Positions 1-9,552 of a DNA stretch of 64,000 nt are shown here, one piece after another. The translations under genes were made by a program, and so were the position numbers. The stretch comes from Polyangiales bacterium (GTDB taxonomy: Bacteria; Myxococcota_A; Polyangia; Polyangiales; Polyangiaceae), in NCBI GenBank assembly GCA_038231275.1, contig JBBRLQ010000006.1, forward strand, positions 160,001 through 224,000. Reading direction: 5' to 3'. Each line of letters starts with the position of its first letter. Position 1 is the first letter of the stretch. The notes below the pieces were generated by a model, which was not told the origin of the DNA, ran no database searches, and saw nothing but the letters and a program-made list of their open reading frames with translations.

Positions 1-33
1 AGTGCCGCCGAACTTCTGGACGAGGAGTGCCAC
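1..33 (-). CDS. lysC: Aspartate kinase, 5' end only (runs off window edge)
   Basis: Reverse complement of 1-33 reads GTG GCA CTC CTC GTC CAG AAG TTC GGC GGC ACT = MALLVQKFGGT, the typical aspartokinase N-terminus (KFGGT/S); not in the ORF track. Confidence 0.75.
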   Translation of the reverse strand, partial: MALLVQKFGGT

Positions 34-118
34 CTTGGGTAGCGTGCGTACCGCTTCCGCCCGAGAAAATCCAGCAGATCAGCCTGGAAATGAAGGGGAA
101 ACGCAGGGGAAACGGAAC

Positions 119-523
119 GTGACGGGCGCGTCGGGATATCTCATCGAGACGTTCGTGACCTTGGTCGCGGTGTGCCTCATCGCGTTCGTCGTCCTCTATG
201 GGGCGCGGCGGCTCGGCATCGGACGCGCGCAGGGGCCGATTCATCTGATGGGGCACCTGCCGCTCGACGGGCGGCGCTCGGTCTACCTCGTGAAGGTCGG
301 CGATCAGGTGCTGGTCGTCGGCGTCGCCGAGGGAGGCATGACGAAGCTCGGTGAGGTCCCCGCGGCGTCTCTTCCCGCGATGACGATCCCGTCGGGCGCC
401 CCGTTCGCGACGATCCTCGCGCGCGCGTTGATGCGAAAGCCCGTCTCGGCAACGACTCCCGCGACACCAACGCCGACGACGAGCGACGCCGCGAAATCGG
501 AACGCGGAGAGGGGCACGCATGA
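119..523 (+). CDS. fliO: FliO-like export-apparatus assembly protein
   Basis: One N-terminal TM helix, then GPIHLMGHLPLDGRRSVYLVKVGDQVLVVGVAEGGMTKLGEV (FliO-type beta domain); overlaps the fliP/sctR start (ATGA); GTG 119 chosen as start. Confidence 0.75.
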   Translation: MTGASGYLIETFVTLVAVCLIAFVVLYGARRLGIGRAQGPIHLMGHLPLDGRRSVYLVKVGDQVLVVGVAEGGMTKLGEVPAASLPAMTIPSGAPFATILARALMRKPVSATTPATPTPTTSDAAKSERGEGHA

Positions 524-1194
524 AGGCGGACGATCTCCTCGGCCGACCGATCGCGCTCGTCGTCGCGCTCGCGCTCGTCTCGCTCCTTCCCTTCGCGTTC
601 ATGAGCGTGACGGCGTTCGTGAAGATCTCGACGGTGCTCCAGATCGTGCGCTCGGCGATCGGCGCGCAGAGCGTGCCGTCGAGCACCGTGGTCATGGCCC
701 TCTCGGCCGCGCTGACGCTCCTCGCGATGGCGCCGGTCGGGCAGAAGATCATCGCGCGCGCGTCGCCGATGTTCGCGGGGAAGGAGGTGCCGGAGACCAT
801 CGCCATCGTGCGCGGCACCGTGGACGCCGTGCGCGAGCCGATGCGCGACTTCATGCGCGCCAACGCGAGCACCAAGGAGAAAGGGCGATTTCTCATGGTC
901 GCCCGCGACGCGCGACCCGAAGCCGAACGGCCGCAGATCAAAGACGATGACCTCACCGTGCTCATCCCCGCGTTCGTCGTCACCGAGCTCACCGAGGCGT
1001 TCGCAGTCGGCTTCCTCATCTTCTTGCCGTTCCTCGTCGTGGATCTCGTCGTCGCCAACGTCCTCCTCGCGCTGGGAATGCAGATGCTCAGCCCGACGCA
1101 AGTGAGCATGCCGTTCAAGCTGCTCTTGTTCGTCGCCATCGATGGGTGGGGGCTCTTGGCGCAAGCGCTCGTCGCCGGCTACGCCAACACGTGA
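520..1194 (+). CDS. sctR: Type III export gate protein SctR/FliP family
   Basis: TAFVKISTVLQIVRSAIGAQSVP, LIPAFVVTELTEAF, FLPFLVVDLVVANVLLALGMQMLSPTQVSMPFKLLLFVAIDGW; lacks the FliP-type signal peptide. Confidence 0.92.
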   Translation: MKADDLLGRPIALVVALALVSLLPFAFMSVTAFVKISTVLQIVRSAIGAQSVPSSTVVMALSAALTLLAMAPVGQKIIARASPMFAGKEVPETIAIVRGTVDAVREPMRDFMRANASTKEKGRFLMVARDARPEAERPQIKDDDLTVLIPAFVVTELTEAFAVGFLIFLPFLVVDLVVANVLLALGMQMLSPTQVSMPFKLLLFVAIDGWGLLAQALVAGYANT

Positions 1195-1256
1195 CGCCGT
1201 CGCGTACGCTCGAGTCCACGCCCAACCCAAGTCCACTCCGCGCCGACGAGTAACGC

Positions 1257-1284
1257 TTGACTTCGGACGCCCTGCGCGTAGATT
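1257..1284 (+). promoter_or_regulatory. Sigma70-type promoter of tRNA-Ala
   Basis: TTGACT-N16-TAGATT followed by a GC-rich discriminator CGGCCGCC, 25 nt before the tRNA. Confidence 0.6.
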
Positions 1285-1309
1285 CGGCCGCCGTTTCGAC
1301 AAAAAAGCC

Positions 1310-1382
<73 letters not shown>

Positions 1383-1415
1383 CCGGAAGGTGGTCAGGAA
1401 GTTTTCGGGGGACAC

Positions 1416-2240
1416 ATGCCGCGCGCGACGATCTCCGCATTGTCGGCCGCGCTGGTCGTGACCGCCGTCGCGTGCCGCGGAATCCTCGGGGTGGACGATC
1501 TCCCTCCGCTCGCGACCGGAGACGCCGGCTTTGACGCGGACGGCCTCGACGCGCCGATCGAATCGGGCGCGCGGTATTGCTCGACGCTCTCTCCGGCGCC
1601 GCAGCTGTGCGCCGACTTCGACGGCGACGGCCCATACGGCGAAGGCTTCGACAATGGAACGCAGAACCCCGACCCCGGCGCGCAGAAAGGGGGAACGCTG
1701 GCCCTCGACACGACGTCGTCGCGCTCCGGTCCCGCGTCTCTCTTTCTCCAGACGCCGTCGGTGCTCCAGTCGAGCGACGCCGCGGCGGCGATCCTCTTGA
1801 AGACGCTGCCGAGCGTGACGCCGCGCCTCGCGGTCGCGTTCGACATGCTCGTCGACACCGAGGACATTCCCTCCGGCAATGGCTTCGTCATCCTCGCCGC
1901 GGTCGACTTCGGCATCGGCGCCGCGATCTTCCTCCGCGACGCGCGCGGGCCGGCGATCTCGGTCGCGCCGGACGGGCTCACCGTGCACCTCTCCTCGCGC
2001 TTTCCGGTCGGGGCGTGGAGGACGGTGGAGCTGACGATCGTGAACGCGCCGGTCGACGGCGGCACCGACGGGCTCGTCATCGGCGGTGTGGACGGAGCGA
2101 AGGGAGGCTCGACGGCCCTTCCAGCGAAGTACCAGACGGTGACGACCAAGCCGCACCTCACGATCGGGCCGTCGGCGGGCGGGCCGGCGGGCGCGTTCAA
2201 GGCGCACGTGGACAACGTGCGCGTCTACTACGGCCTTTGA
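1416..2240 (+). CDS. Putative lipoprotein, beta-rich (ConA/LamG-like fold possible)
   Basis: Signal peptide with lipobox-like TAVAC; LCADFD motif; ends HVDNVRVY; GC3-biased. Confidence 0.65.
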   Translation: MPRATISALSAALVVTAVACRGILGVDDLPPLATGDAGFDADGLDAPIESGARYCSTLSPAPQLCADFDGDGPYGEGFDNGTQNPDPGAQKGGTLALDTTSSRSGPASLFLQTPSVLQSSDAAAAILLKTLPSVTPRLAVAFDMLVDTEDIPSGNGFVILAAVDFGIGAAIFLRDARGPAISVAPDGLTVHLSSRFPVGAWRTVELTIVNAPVDGGTDGLVIGGVDGAKGGSTALPAKYQTVTTKPHLTIGPSAGGPAGAFKAHVDNVRVYYGL

Positions 2241-2282
2241 GACGCGTGAGACGAGACGGGTGAAACCGGCGAGGAGATCGAG

Positions 2283-3008
2283 ATGACGGCGAAGCGCGTT
2301 CGCGTCGCGGCGTTCGAGCTGCCTGCGCGCTGGGCGGAGCCGGAGAAGGCGCTCTCCGACGTGCGTGCTCTATTGGCGCGAGGACCGGCGACCGATCTCG
2401 CGCTTTTGCCGGAGGCGAGCCTCACCGGCTACGTGTCGCCGGATCTCGCGTCGGATCTTCGCGCCTTCGCGGAGCCGCTCGACGGCCCGACCACTGCCGC
2501 GCTCGGCGCGATCGCGCGCGCGCACCGCACCTGCATCGTGGGCCCGCTCATCCTGAAGGAGGAAGAGCGCTTCTCGAACGCGATGGTCGCGCTAGGCCCC
2601 GACGGCGCGCTCCTCGCGACCTACCGGAAGCGTCACCCGTGGTACGTCGAGACGTGGGCGACGCCCGGCGAAGCGCCGCTCGCGACGTTCGCCGTCGCCG
2701 GGTGCACGTTCGCGCTGGCCATCTGCTTCGATCTGCATTTCGTGGAGGACGAGAGCGCGCGGGAGCTCGAGGCCGCCGACGTGCTCCTCTTCGCGAGCGC
2801 GTGGGTCGAGAAGGAGGACTCGCGCCCCGAGGTCCTCGCGACGCTCGCGCGACGCTTCGACCTCGCGATCGTCAACGCGAACTGGGGTCACGGCGAGCCG
2901 CACGTGTGGGGACAAGGTGGCTCGCGCATCGTCGACCGCGCGGGCACCCTCCTCCAGGACGCGCGCGGAGACGGGCCGCAGCGCATCGACGCAGCATTTT
3001 CGCTTTGA
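2283..3008 (+). CDS. Carbon-nitrogen hydrolase (nitrilase superfamily)
   Basis: Glu-Lys-Cys triad motifs LLPE, YRKRH, AICFD; GGSRIVD. Confidence 0.88.
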   Translation: MTAKRVRVAAFELPARWAEPEKALSDVRALLARGPATDLALLPEASLTGYVSPDLASDLRAFAEPLDGPTTAALGAIARAHRTCIVGPLILKEEERFSNAMVALGPDGALLATYRKRHPWYVETWATPGEAPLATFAVAGCTFALAICFDLHFVEDESARELEAADVLLFASAWVEKEDSRPEVLATLARRFDLAIVNANWGHGEPHVWGQGGSRIVDRAGTLLQDARGDGPQRIDAAFSL

Positions 3009-3044
3009 CCTCCCGCGCGCCAGGGGAAATTGTACGATCCGAAA

Positions 3045-3299
3045 ATGCTCGAGGTGAAGGTCACCGTCCTCCAGAACGGCAAAGAGATCCCGCTCGCCCA
3101 GGCCCGCGACGTAAATGTCCGCACTGCGCTCGGCAAGGTGGCGAAGGAGGTAGGCGCGAAGCTCACCCCGGTCCTCTGCCCCGTTCACGCGCAGACCGTC
3201 ACCAATGTTCGCATCCAGGTCGGCCCTTCGGGCGCCGACATCGCCTACGACGCCTGCTGCGACAAGCTGAAGGAAGCGGTCGCCGCCGTTCTCGGCTGA
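3045..3299 (+). CDS. Small hypothetical protein with CPVH...CC (possible Zn site)
   Basis: GC3-biased ORF; ATG 3045 lies 6 nt after a TACGAT -10-like hexamer. Confidence 0.6.
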   Translation: MLEVKVTVLQNGKEIPLAQARDVNVRTALGKVAKEVGAKLTPVLCPVHAQTVTNVRIQVGPSGADIAYDACCDKLKEAVAAVLG

Positions 3300-3341
3300 A
3301 AAGGCCTCAAGGTTTTTGGGATGTGGCCGTTCCACTTTCCG

Positions 3342-4730
3342 ATGAGCCAAGCTGCTGTTCTCGCCCCCAAGCCGGCGGTCCACATCGGGGCCAACGGTCG
3401 ACCCGAGTATCACGTGGGGGACGTCATCGACGGGCGCTACGAGCTCGTCCGCGATCTCGGGCGCGGCGCCGCCGGGGTCGTGTTCGAGGCGCGGCATCGC
3501 TTCACCCACCGCCGTGTCGCGCTGAAGCTCGTCTCGCCCGACAGCCCGCGCGCCGTCCAAGGGGAGCTCCGCGCCCGCCTCGTCCGCGAGGCCCGCGCGC
3601 TCGCCGCAGCGCGCCATCCTTCGATCGTCGACGTGCTCGACGGCGGGGTCGCCGCGTGCGGTACCCCCTACATCGTCCTCGAGATGCTCGAAGGAGGCCG
3701 GACGCTCGAAGGCCTCCTGGCGACGCGCGGCAAGCTGAGCGTGAAGGACACCGTCGCCGTCGGCCTCCAGCTGTGCGACGCGCTCGCCGCCGCCCACAGA
3801 GCAGGCGTCGTGCACCGCGACGTCAAGCCCGGCAACATCATGATCCTCCAGGACCACACCGGCGAAGTGCTCAAGCTCGTCGACTTCGGCATCGCCCAGG
3901 TCAGCGCGCGCGAGGGCAAGCTGACGAGCTACGGCGCCATCATCGGGACGCCCGAATACATGGCGCCCGAGCAGATCATGATGACCGGGGAGAGCGACGA
4001 GCTCGTCGACGTGTACGCCGTCGGCATCACGATCTTCGAGTGCATCGCGGGCCGCGTCCCGTTCGTCGGCAACTACCAGCAGGTGCTCTTGCAGGTGGGC
4101 TCGAACTCGGACGCGCCGTCGCTCGTCTCGCTCTGCCCGATCGCAGGCGCGCGCCTTTCGGCCGTCGTCTCCCGCGCCATCGCGAAGGATCGCGCGGCGC
4201 GGTACCAGAGCATCGAGGCTCTCTCTCTCGATTTGGCGGCTGCCATCCCCGGCGCGCGACGTCGCACGCAGTTCTTCCCCCAGGGGCCGCACCACGGCGC
4301 GAACGCGCCCGCGAACGCGAACGCCGAGGCTCCTTCGGAGCCCCGCCCCACGCCTGCCTCATCGGCCACGATGAAGGCGTTCGTACCGGTCGAGCAGCGA
4401 CGCCGCGCCGTCCGCGCCAACTACGCGACCCCCGTGCAGATCGTTCTCGCGGATGGCGTCCACGTCGACGGGCGTAGCGAGGATCTCTCGGAGGGCGGCT
4501 TCCTCATCATCCTCGACACCGGCACCGAGATCACACACGACCAAGTCGTCCGTCTGCGGTTCGCGCTGCCGATGGACGGCAAGGTAGTCGCCTGCTCGGC
4601 GCAAGTCCGCTGGGTGCGCGCGACGCACGGCCGCCGCGCCATGGGTGTGCAGTTCGTCGATCCGCCGGCGGAGCTCGGGCCCCAGATTTCTCGGTACATC
4701 GAGCTGATGGGCGTGCCCAAGGAAGGCTGA
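3342..4730 (+). CDS. Ser/Thr protein kinase with C-terminal PilZ domain
   Basis: LGRGAAG, VALK, HRDVKPGN, DFG, GTPEYMAPE; C-terminal RRRAVR and EDLSEGG...AQVRW...MGVQF PilZ motifs. Confidence 0.9.
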   Translation: MSQAAVLAPKPAVHIGANGRPEYHVGDVIDGRYELVRDLGRGAAGVVFEARHRFTHRRVALKLVSPDSPRAVQGELRARLVREARALAAARHPSIVDVLDGGVAACGTPYIVLEMLEGGRTLEGLLATRGKLSVKDTVAVGLQLCDALAAAHRAGVVHRDVKPGNIMILQDHTGEVLKLVDFGIAQVSAREGKLTSYGAIIGTPEYMAPEQIMMTGESDELVDVYAVGITIFECIAGRVPFVGNYQQVLLQVGSNSDAPSLVSLCPIAGARLSAVVSRAIAKDRAARYQSIEALSLDLAAAIPGARRRTQFFPQGPHHGANAPANANAEAPSEPRPTPASSATMKAFVPVEQRRRAVRANYATPVQIVLADGVHVDGRSEDLSEGGFLIILDTGTEITHDQVVRLRFALPMDGKVVACSAQVRWVRATHGRRAMGVQFVDPPAELGPQISRYIELMGVPKEG

Positions 4731-4750
4731 CCGCGCGTGTCCGAAGAGGG

Positions 4751-5536
4751 ATGACGGGCACCACGGGCGCGCCATCCACCGGCACCACGAGCGAAGGCTC
4801 GGTCTCCTTCTCGTTGAAGGAGCTCACGCGCCTCGAAGACGAGCGCGTCGCCTTCGAGCGAGACGAGGCGAGGCGCCGGCGCGAAGAGCTCGAGCGGAAC
4901 GCAGCCGACCAGGCAAAGCGAGCGCAAGAGGCCGTCGACGCCCGCGCGCGGGCCGAGGACGAGCGACGCAAAGAGCTCGAACGCCACGCGCGCGAGGAAG
5001 ATGCGCGGCTCGAGGGGCAGAAGCGCGCGTTCGTCGAGCGCGAGCGACTGGCCGCAGAGCAACGCGCGCGGGACGGCGAGGTCGCACGCCTGCACACGCA
5101 CGAGCTGGAGCTGACGCGCCTGCGCACCCAAGGAGGCGGCGCCCGGATCGCATGGAGCGTCGCCGTCGCGAGCCTCGTTTGCCTCGTCGCCGGCGCGATC
5201 GCCTACGCCGCCGTTCTGCGCCCCGACGCCGATCGACAGCTCGCCCAGGCCCGCGCAGACGTGGTGCGAAGCGGTGAGCTGGTGAAGGAAGCGGAGCGCC
5301 AGGTCTCGGATCTCGGGAAGCGGGTCGACGGTCTCGCCGGGCAGCTCCAGGCGTCGGAGGAGCACGCGCGCGATCTCGAACGCCAGCTCGACGACGCCAA
5401 GAAGAAGGTCGGTGACCGCCGCGCCGGCGTCGCGCCGCCTCCCACACCGCGCCCGCCCCCCATCCCGACGCGCCCGACCGGGCTGATCGACGGCCCATGC
5501 AAGTACCCGGGTGACCCGCTCTGCGCAGGGAAGTAA
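4751..5536 (+). CDS. Coiled-coil membrane protein (SVxFSLKEL...GDPLC type)
   Basis: E/R/A-rich coiled coil, one TM helix, second coiled coil, Pro-rich linker, CKYPGDPLC tail. Confidence 0.7.
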   Translation: MTGTTGAPSTGTTSEGSVSFSLKELTRLEDERVAFERDEARRRREELERNAADQAKRAQEAVDARARAEDERRKELERHAREEDARLEGQKRAFVERERLAAEQRARDGEVARLHTHELELTRLRTQGGGARIAWSVAVASLVCLVAGAIAYAAVLRPDADRQLAQARADVVRSGELVKEAERQVSDLGKRVDGLAGQLQASEEHARDLERQLDDAKKKVGDRRAGVAPPPTPRPPPIPTRPTGLIDGPCKYPGDPLCAGK

Positions 5537-5551
5537 GGTCAGCGGCGCCTC

Positions 5552-7342
5552 ATGCGCCGCGCGCGTTCGCCCCTCTCGCTCATCGCCCTCGCGTTCGCCT
5601 TCGCGGACATCGCGTGCGGGCCGGCGTCCCATGACGTCAACGTCCCGAAGCCCGCGACGCCGGACACCGCCGCGTCGGAGAAGGCGCACCCACCTGTCGT
5701 CGTCACGATCGTCGTCGATCAGCTGGCGGCGTGGATCGTCGACGAACGCATCGGCGAGCTGCCCCCGACCGGCGGCTTCGCGCGCCTCGTCCGCGAAGGC
5801 ACCCGCGTCCGCGAGATCCGCTACGCGCACGCCGCGACGGACACCGCGCCCGGCCACGCCGCGCTCTACAGCGGCGAGACGCCGCGCGAGAACGGCATCT
5901 ACGGCAACGAGTGGATCGACGAGCCCACCGGCAAACGCGTCAGCGTCATGCTGGATCCGAAGGTCGAGATCGTGAACGCCGACGGCGTCGTCGCGGGCGC
6001 GCGCGCGGCTTCAGCGGCGAAGGTGGGCGCGACGAACCTCGCGACGCTCCTCCGCGCCGCGAAGCCCGACGCCTACATCGTGAGCGTGTCGCTGAAGGAT
6101 CGCGGCGCGATCTTCGGCGGCGGGAGGTCTCCGAACGCGGCCGTTTGGTACGACACCGGGCGCGGTCAATGGATCACGTCGACCGCGTTCGCGCGCGACC
6201 TGCCGGGCTGGGCGCGCGCGCGTCCTCCACTCGCGACGCTGCCCAACACGTGGACCCTCGCCGATCCGGCGTGGGTGAAGGCGCACGCGCTGACGCCCGA
6301 CGAGCAGAACGGCGAGGGCGATCTCGGCGGGCTCGGCACGACGTTCCCCCACCCGCTGAAGACCGCGCGCGATCCGAAGAACGCTTTCCGCGCGACGCCA
6401 ATGGCGAACGACGCAGTTCTCGATCTGGCGCTGGCGTCGCTCGATGCCACCGGCGCGAAGGGACGCCCGACGCTCCTCGCGATCTCGCTCTCTGCGAACG
6501 ACTACGTGGGCCACACGTTCGGGCCCGACTCGTGGGAGGCGTGGGACGAGCTCCATCGCCTCGACGCGTCGCTCGCGCGCTTCTTCGCCGCGCTCGACGC
6601 ACGCTTCGGCCCGAACGGGTGGGCCGCGGTGCTCTCGGCCGATCACGGCGTCACGCGCATGCCCGAGGCCTTGCAAGGCTGCGCCGCCGGCATGTCGCAG
6701 GATCACTGGCAGCGCGCGTGCGACGCTGGCGTTCGCATCCTCCCCGATCCCCTCGCCGGCGAGCTCGACGCCGACGCCGTGAAGGCCATCGGTCCGGGTC
6801 ACTGGGTCGCGGGCGTCGCCGATCCTTACGTCTTCATCACCGCCGCGGCGCAGCGTCTCGACGACGCAAAGCGCCGCGCCCTCGACGACGCCCTTCGCCG
6901 CGCCTTGCTCGCGCGACCGGGAATTCGATCCGTGTACATTGCACGCGACGTCGCCCGCCAGACGTGCCCGCCCGACGCCGACGAATCCGAAGCGGCGCTC
7001 GTCTGCCGCTCCATTCCTGCGGGTCCTGCGGGCGACAAGGCCGGAGAGGTCGGCGAGCTCTACATGCTGACCGCCCCCGGCGCCTTCTTCGATGCAAGCG
7101 TCGTCGTCGGAAAGGGCACGAGCCACGGATCGCCGTACCTCTTCGATCGCGCCGTGCCGCTCTTCGCGCGCGCGCCGGGGCGGGTCGCCGCGGGCGTGCT
7201 CGTCGCGGGCCCGATCGGCTTCGGCGCCTTCGCGCACACCGCCGCGTCGCTCCTCGGGATCGCCGCGCCCCGCGCCGCCGAGCGCGCGCCGAACCTCGCG
7301 GACGTGACGTTTCGCCCGTCGACCGCGGGGAGGACAAGGTAG
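5552..7342 (+). CDS. Alkaline phosphatase superfamily lipoprotein (PafA-like)
   Basis: VVDQL, TDTAPGHA (Thr nucleophile), SLKDRGA, DYVGHTFGPDS, SADHG, SHGSPY; lipobox IAC. Confidence 0.88.
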   Translation: MRRARSPLSLIALAFAFADIACGPASHDVNVPKPATPDTAASEKAHPPVVVTIVVDQLAAWIVDERIGELPPTGGFARLVREGTRVREIRYAHAATDTAPGHAALYSGETPRENGIYGNEWIDEPTGKRVSVMLDPKVEIVNADGVVAGARAASAAKVGATNLATLLRAAKPDAYIVSVSLKDRGAIFGGGRSPNAAVWYDTGRGQWITSTAFARDLPGWARARPPLATLPNTWTLADPAWVKAHALTPDEQNGEGDLGGLGTTFPHPLKTARDPKNAFRATPMANDAVLDLALASLDATGAKGRPTLLAISLSANDYVGHTFGPDSWEAWDELHRLDASLARFFAALDARFGPNGWAAVLSADHGVTRMPEALQGCAAGMSQDHWQRACDAGVRILPDPLAGELDADAVKAIGPGHWVAGVADPYVFITAAAQRLDDAKRRALDDALRRALLARPGIRSVYIARDVARQTCPPDADESEAALVCRSIPAGPAGDKAGEVGELYMLTAPGAFFDASVVVGKGTSHGSPYLFDRAVPLFARAPGRVAAGVLVAGPIGFGAFAHTAASLLGIAAPRAAERAPNLADVTFRPSTAGRTR

Positions 7343-7354
7343 GGTGGTCGACGA

Positions 7355-8545
7355 ATGGACGAGGGTGACAGCCCCGTAGAGGAGGAGCTTGATCTCTCCG
7401 GCACGCTCGTCGGCGGAAAGTACCGCGTCGACCAGCTCGTCGGCTCCGGCGGCATGGGCACCGTGTGGTCGGGCATGCACGAGGTCCTCCGCACGCGCGT
7501 CGCGATCAAGTTCATTCGCCCGATGTTCGCCGAGCGCGAGGAGGCGCGCCGTCGCTTCGAGATCGAGGCGCGCGCCGCCGCCAACGTGCAGAGCAAGCAC
7601 GCCGTGCAGGTGTACGACTACGGCGTCGAGGACCACGGCCTGCCGTACATCGTGATGGAGTTCCTCGAGGGCGAGTCGCTCTCCGACACGCTCATTCGCC
7701 GCGGCCCGCTCCCCGCGCAGGAGGCCGCGAAGATCATCGGCCAAGCGTCGCGCGCCCTACAAAAAGCGCACGACGCGGGCATCGTCCACCGCGATCTCAA
7801 GCCCGACAACATCTTCCTCGCGACGAACGTCGAGGACGCGGGCAGCGATCTTCCGTACACGGTGAAGCTCGTCGATTTCGGCATCGCCAAGCTCCTTCAC
7901 GAGCCGGCGGGAATGGGGGCAGGGCAGTTCGGCGGCCCCACACAAGCCGGCGCGGTCATCGGCACGCCCAATTTCATGAGCCCCGAGCAGCTCACGATCG
8001 GCGGCGCGCCCGGCGCCCTGACGGATCTCTGGTCCCTCGGCGCGTGCACCTTCAGCGCGATGACGGCGCGCATCCCGTTCGAGGGCGAGGTGCTCGGCGA
8101 CATCGTCCTCAAGGTCTGCGTCGCGCCGATGCCCGTGCCGTCACAGTGGAACCCCGATGCCCCCGAGGGCTTCGACGCGTGGTTCGCGCGCGCGTGCAAT
8201 CGCGATCCCGCGAAGCGCTTCCAAACGGCCACCGAGCTCGCAGAGACGCTCGCGGCGGTGTGCGGCATCGGGCGCCTGCATGTCGCGACGCACGACGAGG
8301 ATCGCGTGCAGTACGTCCTCAAGGCGAACCCGAGCATGGCGGACATCGAGCTGCCCGACGACATGCCGACCGGCACGATGTCCTCGAAGACCGCGCTCCT
8401 CGCGGGGCTCTTGCTCGGCGTCACGCTCGTTGTCGGCGTGATCACGTTCCTCGCGTGGCAGGGTCGCGCACAAGTGGACGACACGCCGCCGGTGCCCGTC
8501 GCGGTCGACGCCGGACCACGCGCCGCGCCCTCCGCCAAGCGTTGA
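7355..8545 (+). CDS. Membrane-anchored Ser/Thr protein kinase
   Basis: GSGGMG, VAIK, HRDLKPDN, DFG, GTPNFMSPE; C-terminal TM helix. Confidence 0.92.
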   Translation: MDEGDSPVEEELDLSGTLVGGKYRVDQLVGSGGMGTVWSGMHEVLRTRVAIKFIRPMFAEREEARRRFEIEARAAANVQSKHAVQVYDYGVEDHGLPYIVMEFLEGESLSDTLIRRGPLPAQEAAKIIGQASRALQKAHDAGIVHRDLKPDNIFLATNVEDAGSDLPYTVKLVDFGIAKLLHEPAGMGAGQFGGPTQAGAVIGTPNFMSPEQLTIGGAPGALTDLWSLGACTFSAMTARIPFEGEVLGDIVLKVCVAPMPVPSQWNPDAPEGFDAWFARACNRDPAKRFQTATELAETLAAVCGIGRLHVATHDEDRVQYVLKANPSMADIELPDDMPTGTMSSKTALLAGLLLGVTLVVGVITFLAWQGRAQVDDTPPVPVAVDAGPRAAPSAKR

Positions 8546-8618
8546 GGTCTCACGCGTCCCGCGCGTCCGCGAGAGCTCCGCTGGGCCACGCGGCGCCCAT
8601 GATCCTCGTGTCATAGAT

Positions 8619-8642
8619 ATGATATCATTCGATTTTTATCGA
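8619..8642. promoter_or_regulatory. AT-rich palindromes, FNR/CRP-family-like site upstream of the globin gene
   Basis: ATGATATCAT (8619-8628) abutting TCGAT-TTTT-ATCGA (8629-8642), which resembles TTGAT-N4-ATCAA. Confidence 0.4.
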
Positions 8643-8754
8643 TCGCGATTGGGTGGCGATCCCGCCATTTAATATTAACCTTCTGACGGGCTCGTACTAT
8701 CCTCGAGCGCTCACAAGGGTCTTGATTGCTTCGAACGATTCAAGGAGGCGAGGA

Positions 8755-9525
8755 ATGAACTTCACGAGGGCGCGCGCAAGAGCGCTTATTGGTATTCTCG
8801 GCTTTGCGGCCACGGCGGCGTTTGCAGCCTGCGGCGGCGATGACACGAGCCCGGTTACTGGCGGCGACGCCGGCAAGGACACTGGCTCGAGCGGCACCAG
8901 CGGCTCCAGCGGTTCCAGCGGTAGCAGCGGCTCCAGCGGCTCCAGCGGCAGCAGCGGCAGCAGCGGCTCCAGCGGCAGCAGCGGCTCCAGCGGCGACAGC
9001 GGAGCCACGACGCTCTACGATCGCCTCGGCGGTCACACGGGCATCAAGAGCATTCTGACGGACACCGTCGGCAAGCTCCTCCAGGACCCGCACCAGAAGA
9101 CGTACTTCGTCCTCAACGCGCCTCCGCAGGGCCTGCACCCGTCGGGTGCGGACATCATCGACTGCTTCACCGCGCTCGCCGACTCCGCGATCCCGGGCGG
9201 TCCGGGCACCCCGTACCCGCCGGCGAAGCTCGCCAGCGGCTACACCTGCCGCGACCTCGTCGAGGTTCACCACGGCACGCTGGCCGACGGCGGCACCACC
9301 CGCGCGGACGACGTGAACTACCACATCCCGAACGGAATCTTCAACGACTTCATCGGGATCGCTGCGGCCACGGCCGCCGGCGCACCGCACAACATCAAGC
9401 CCGCCGACGTCCAGGCCCTCGGCGCGCTTCTCGGCGCGACCAAGGCTGCCGTCGTCGATCCGAGCCAGCCGGACGCCGGCGACTTCGACGCCTCGGACTA
9501 CCTCGACGCCGCGTCGGACGGCTGA
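8755..9525 (+). CDS. Lipoprotein with group I truncated-hemoglobin-like domain
   Basis: GGAGG RBS; lipobox FAAC; Ser/Gly linker; TLYDRLGG..GI, DP...YF, YTCRDLVEVH (cf. trHbN Y.GR.M...H). Confidence 0.75.
   Translation: MNFTRARARALIGILGFAATAAFAACGGDDTSPVTGGDAGKDTGSSGTSGSSGSSGSSGSSGSSGSSGSSGSSGSSGSSGDSGATTLYDRLGGHTGIKSILTDTVGKLLQDPHQKTYFVLNAPPQGLHPSGADIIDCFTALADSAIPGGPGTPYPPAKLASGYTCRDLVEVHHGTLADGGTTRADDVNYHIPNGIFNDFIGIAAATAAGAPHNIKPADVQALGALLGATKAAVVDPSQPDAGDFDASDYLDAASDG
8884..8994 (+). repeat. 9-bp tandem repeat encoding an (SSG)n linker
   Basis: About 12 GGCTCCAGC/GGCAGCAGC units. Confidence 0.9.
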
Positions 9526-9552
9526 TCGAAGGACCAAGGAAAGAGCAGTTCG

